The notes under the pieces are model-generated. The model saw nothing but the letters and a program-made list of their open reading frames with translations, was not told where the DNA came from and ran no database searches. Shown one piece after another: positions 59,148 to 64,000 of a stretch of 64,000 bases of DNA. The position numbers were made by a program, and so were the translations under genes. The DNA lies in NCBI GenBank assembly GCA_964016885.1, contig OZ024750.1, forward strand, positions 49,662,001-49,726,000, written 5' to 3'. The DNA comes from Eledone cirrhosa. Lineage: Eukaryota. Each line of letters begins with the position of its first letter. Position 1 is the stretch's first letter.

Positions 59148-60632
59148 TGCTTTCTTTATTAAGCACAAGGGTTTACATAAAGTAGACATTAAGGAGAGTA
59201 CAGGACAATACAGGACGGTATAAATGGGCATTTCTGCAAGTAAAAAAAAACAAAAACAGAGGATGTTACAAAAAATAACAAGAAAAATTCCCCAATTGGG
59301 GTAAGACTTCCGAGAGACATTTGTGGAGAAAGCCCATTAAAAGACCACAGTGACCCTGACCACCAGGGCAAGTGCCCTCCCGAACAGATGTGCGAAGTGT
59401 CGCTGAAAAGCTTCACACATTTGCCCGGGATCGAGTAGCATGCGCCCGTCGTGGTCCACCAAAGACCGGATCGTGGCTTTGTTGCAACGACGCGCCTCCG
59501 TCACTCGGGCCCATTGAACGGCTTCCGTCCCCTCGTGTCTGAGAGCACGCACCCTAGCTCTGACAATGCAACCTTCGTGTTTGCATTGAAGAATTGGTCA
59601 AGGGCCAATTTCGCCGCAAGTATGTCGGGCACGATGCCTTTGCTTAAGCGCCTCGTCTATTTTTCTAACTAGTTCTCCCTCTGCTCTATTTTTCTCTCTT
59701 GCTAAAGCCTTTCTAAATCTAATGACTCTATTCTAACCGCTCTTTTCGGAGCAAACAACCACGTGCTGTTGACGATGGCCCCCGTCAACGCCCGCTTTAC
59801 TAGTTCGCTAATCCGGTCTATGTAGGCATTGCGCGCTGGTAAGGATGCGTTTAGCTTCCAGTAGCCGGGTCCTCGTCTATGAAGGCTATCTAAGTCAAGC
59901 ACACAGATCACGAATTTGTGGACCGTGTAGCTGACTATCTTGAATTGTGGACAGCCTATGCTAGACCTATATATTTCCCTACAAAATACTCTATCTAGAT
60001 ATGATCTGGATGTGCCTATGCGATTTGTCCAAGTCCACATTGGCACATTCGGGAAATCCAATCGGTACCTGTCAGACAGATCAAAACGCCTGAGCAGGTT
60101 GTTGAGGCTCTTGCACCTTCTTCCCCGATCCGCTAATCCCACACAGTCCCAGCGTGCATCTAAGATCCCGTTCCAGTCGCCCACTAACACTAAAGAGCGG
60201 GACGTTCCAAGAAAGGTCTCCAGAGGCCGGAAGAAATCAGGCCGCCCTACCCATGTCGGGGCATAGACGGCCACTAGCCTGAAAGCTTGCCCGTCTACGC
60301 TGGTCACGTCCAGCACCACCAACTTACCTTCTGGGTCCAGGAAGATGGCCCGTATGGCGAGATCGAAACATCTCCGAAAAAGTACAGCAACTCCTCCCCA
60401 CGATCCAGGACGGGTGGGAGATGCGTACACATCGTAGCCGCCGAAGATCTGTGCGAAGGCCCGTGCTTCCAAGATTCTGGTCTCGCTGATGGCCACTACA
60501 TCTATGTTTAGTGACCCGAGGTCGTTGAGCATGTGGCGCTGCTTCCATGACGAACCCAAGCCACACGCATTTACGCTGCCTATTCTGAGTGAGGTCATGT
60601 TGAAATGGAGTGGAAAAGATGGGAAAGACCAC
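59148..60632 (-). mobile_element. L1/Tx1 LINE with a large internal deletion (3' UTR fused to the post-endonuclease region)
   Basis: 3' end matches 62330 onwards. Segment 59390-59600 matches 37160-37365. Endonuclease ORF present, RT absent. Confidence 0.8.
59702..60598 (-). CDS. Apurinic-like (APE/EEP) endonuclease domain of L1/Tx1 ORF2 (truncated)
   Basis: SVNACGL, ISET, GGVAVLF, VYAP, GDWN, WTW..SYLDRVF and GPGYWKLN. The catalytic SDH has degenerated to TVH. Confidence 0.85.
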   Translation of the reverse strand: MTSLRIGSVNACGLGSSWKQRHMLNDLGSLNIDVVAISETRILEARAFAQIFGGYDVYASPTRPGSWGGVAVLFRRCFDLAIRAIFLDPEGKLVVLDVTSVDGQAFRLVAVYAPTWVGRPDFFRPLETFLGTSRSLVLVGDWNGILDARWDCVGLADRGRRCKSLNNLLRRFDLSDRYRLDFPNVPMWTWTNRIGTSRSYLDRVFCREIYRSSIGCPQFKIVSYTVHKFVICVLDLDSLHRRGPGYWKLNASLPARNAYIDRISELVKRALTGAIVNSTWLFAPKRAVRIESLDLERL

Positions 60633-60654
60633 TTACCTTACTTCTCGTAGAGGA

Positions 60655-62329
60655 AGGATGGTTTGGAGTTTGGACTTGAAAAGTGTGCAAAAGCCACTTT
60701 CAAGAAGGGGAAGCATGTCATCTCAGACTCAGTTGAATCGGATGCTGAAACAATCATAAAGGAACTTGAGCAGGAACAAACCTAGAAAGACTTTGGGATT
60801 AATGAGGGCGCTTGCATACAGCATGCAATTATGAAAGAGAGGATAAGGAAATAATGTTACAGGAGAGTACGTGCAGTTCTGAGATCAGAACTAAACGCTC
60901 GTAACAAGGTGATAGCCATACATTCCTTGGCAGTCCCAGTTGTCACTTATAGCTTCGGTGTGTTGAAATCGAATATGAGTGAAATCAAAAGAATTGACAA
61001 CAAAGTCCGTAAGCTACTGACCTGTAATAGGATGCACCACCCAGATGTGGATCGTTTTTACCTTACTAGAACTCAAGGAGGCCGTGACCTGATCCAATTT
61101 GAACTTGCTTACAAGACCACCATCATTTGACTGGCCAAATACCTTGAAACAACTAACGACTGTATGCTGGAACTTGTTGAAAAGCATGAGAGAAGTAAGA
61201 AGCTTCATTCTATCTTGAAGGAGAGCAACAAATATGCTACTGATCTCATGCTTGATACCCAGGCTGGACAGACTAATGAAACTGTTGCAACTGATGTTGC
61301 GAGGCACATAAAATCACTGGCAAAAGCAAAAGGGCAAGGGCAATTAGCATCAAATTGGGAGCAGAAACCTCTGCATGTCAAATATGGGGCCTGTAGCAAA
61401 CAAGCTGATGTTGACCAAAAGCACACCCATCAGTGGCTACGTAGTTCAGAGCTAAAGGCGGAGAGTGAAGGTTTCATCTTAGCTGCCCAAGAGCAAAACT
61501 CATTGACTCCTAATTACCAGGCCAATGTGATGAGAAACGGAATAAACCCAAAGTGCCGATTCTGCAATGCTGTGGTTGAAACAGTTGAAACTTAGTCTAT
61601 GGATGGTACGTTTTACCACCAGTAGAATACAAATATAGACATGACAGTGTTGGCCAATATCTACGCTGTGTAATATGTCGGCATTACAAAATCAAAGCCG
61701 AAGACAAGTGGTACAATTATCACCCTTAGGCTGTGACTGAAGGAGAAAAAGTAACAATTCTCTGGGACTTTTCTGTACATACTGACAGGAACATAAAAGC
61801 AAATAGACTTTACATCATTGTAAAAGATCAACATAACAATGTATGTTTATTGATAGATATGAGTATCCCATGTGATCACAATATCGCGGCAAAAGAATTT
61901 GACAAGCTACAAACATATAAAGATCTGCTTAATAACATTGAGAAAATGTGGCACCTGAAGGCCGTTACAATACCAGTGATTGTGGGAGGGCTGGGAATGA
62001 TCAAGAAAGGAACAGAACAATATTTGCGAATGATTCCTGGTTTACCCTCTCTGCACGAGGTGCGAACAATTGTTTTTACTGGTACTGCACACGTATTGGG
62101 AAGAGCACTACCTCTGTAACATTGATATCCCTCTTTGTATTTATATATGCATATGCACATGTGTATATATGTATACTGTTTGTTTTTTTATTATTATAAT
62201 CAATGGGCTGTATTAACTGGCTTTCCAATGTACACTGAATTTATTTGCCATAGGTGTCAGGACGACACTCGGCATATCTCTCAGAAACAATAATAAAAGA
62301 AGATAAAAATAATAATAATAATAATAACA
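60655..62329 (+). mobile_element. 5'-truncated, pseudogenised R4/Dong LINE related to the element at 3-2300, with a (TAA)n tail
   Basis: LEFGLEKCAK, LAVPVVTYSF, RMHHP, HQWLRSSELKAESEG, CRFC, ILWDFSVHTDR and IPVIVGGLGMI. TAA repeats at about 62309-62329. Confidence 0.88.
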
Positions 62330-64000
62330 ATGCTTTCTTTATTAACCACAGGGGTTGACACAAAGTATAACATTAAGGATAACACAGGACAATACAGGAC
62401 GGTACGAATGGGCATTTCTGCGTGTAAAAAAACAAAAACAGAGGAATTAACAAAAAAAGAATCAATGAAAAGGAAGACGGCGGGGCAATCCTCAGGATTT
62501 ACTCAACTGATAGCCGGATGCGTCCTACACGCGACAGCAGATGTTCGACATAAACCCACAAGTCACCAAAGCTCGGACACTGCACGAGTGCGTACATGAA
62601 TTGTTCTTGATCGAGCCCGGCTGACAACACTTCCATGCCTGTAGAGTTCATCCCGAACTGGCAAAGCTCCTAGATAGCACAGCCAGGTTAGCGATTTCTG
62701 GAAGTTGTTCATAGGCCCCGGCCCGAGTCTCCCCGAGACTCCACAAGTACGACGTCGCTGTTCCCCTCCACTAATCCTCTATAGTACGGCAAGGTGGAAT
62801 TTCCACCGATCGCATTGCCCGACTGATCGAGGGTTGTAAGCGCCTGAAGACATACCAGTCTCCAAGCGCTCCCTCTCGGTCTTCACTTGACCCATGACTG
62901 CAGCTCAGTCAAGGAGACCAGCTGGGGAAACCCGCGTCTAGGAAATGGTGACCACACATGAACACCGTCGAGGAAGATGTGGAGATGTCGTAGCCTGAGA
63001 ACGTGTCTGTGGATCATCAGCCACGGCATGCAAAGCATTCTACGTAGCGGGTGTTGACAGCAGATGGACCGCCTGACCATCGGAGCGCTTCCCTTCCACA
63101 AAAAGCTAAAGCGCAAACGCTCCAGCGCAATCAGGTGACGCTTAGGAGAAGGCTGTAGTAGATGACGGACGTGATGTACGTATATGCCACCTCCGCTCGA
63201 CCTTTCAGGGATAGCTTCCTCTGCCCTTTTTTTGTCCCAGTTTTCGTCCGTGTGGAGGTCCGGACCGAACCAGAGCCCTAGCAATTTAACCGGTCCGTCC
63301 GTCCAGCGCGCGGCGACGTTGTTGGACGGCATGGACATGCCTCTCCAGGTGCCGAGCTGCAGGCCCACTGACTTTTCTTGGTTGATCATTGCTCCGGTCA
63401 CCGCCTCGTATTCTCTTAGTGTAGCGCTGATCGCCTCGATGTGTTTGGCGTTCGACACAACTAGGTTGACATTGTCTGCATATGCTAACACGGATCATCC
63501 GCATCCCATTTAGCGCGGGACCCCCTCAACGTCTCCAGTTTGTGCAGAAATGGCTCGAGAGCTAATACGAACAGCAGGGACGAGAGTCGACATCCTTGGC
63601 TGACCTAGCGCATGATGTTAAACGATTCACCACAGAGCAGATGTCGCTGTGCATGGCAGTGATCCAGCTTCTGAAGACAGGCCGAAAGCCAGCCGCCCTC
63701 AGGACTGCCGCCAGATAACGATGGTCGACCCTATCGAATGTTTTCGACTGATCTAAATTGATCAAGGATCCACCCGTGCCAGGTTCCCTAGCAATCCTCT
63801 CCACAACGCATCGTATGAGGTGGAGGGTTTCTTCGGTGGATCTGTCTGGAATGGCGCATGTCTGCGCCTCTTCTACAAGACCACCAACGACAATCGCCTA
63901 CCTCTTTGCTAGCACCTTGGCCCACATCTTGAACTCTGTGTTTAGTAGAGTTATGGGCCTGAAATTATTAATATTACCCTAACTATTTATTATGGAACAA
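62330..64000 (-). mobile_element. L1/Tx1 LINE RT remnant, continuing past the window end
   Basis: NFRPITLLN, LDQSKTFDRVDH, AYADNV and INQEKS. Homologous to 34684-36900. Confidence 0.85.

Overview
AT-rich, repeat-saturated eukaryotic DNA with no recognisable host protein-coding gene. The (TA)n/(CA)n/(GA)n microsatellites and the transposon mix suggest a mollusc such as an octopus (inference only). The window holds four R4/Dong-type restriction-like-endonuclease LINEs ending in (TAA)n-type tracts, one with an intact 760+ aa RT-RLE frame. It also holds three L1/Tx1-type LINE remnants, at least six Penelope-like (PLE; RT + GIY-YIG) remnants, many copies of one tRNA-derived SINE, two non-autonomous Helitron-like elements, a mariner relic and a hATm-like relic. 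The main hidden signal is RNA-level: about 20 minimal type-I hammerhead ribozyme (HHR) motifs, read by eye, from roughly a dozen unrelated repeat families. They include compensatory U3-A8 cores, recurrent U4C cores and very long stem II inserts. Most sit in PLEs or non-coding PLE derivatives built as inverted (fold-back) duplications whose two 3' ends lie in (TA)n tracts. A second pattern, seen three times, is a tail-to-tail Dong/Tx1 LINE pair joined at a TAA microsatellite. Most short ORFs in the supplied track are microsatellite artefacts. Boundaries of degenerate elements are approximate.
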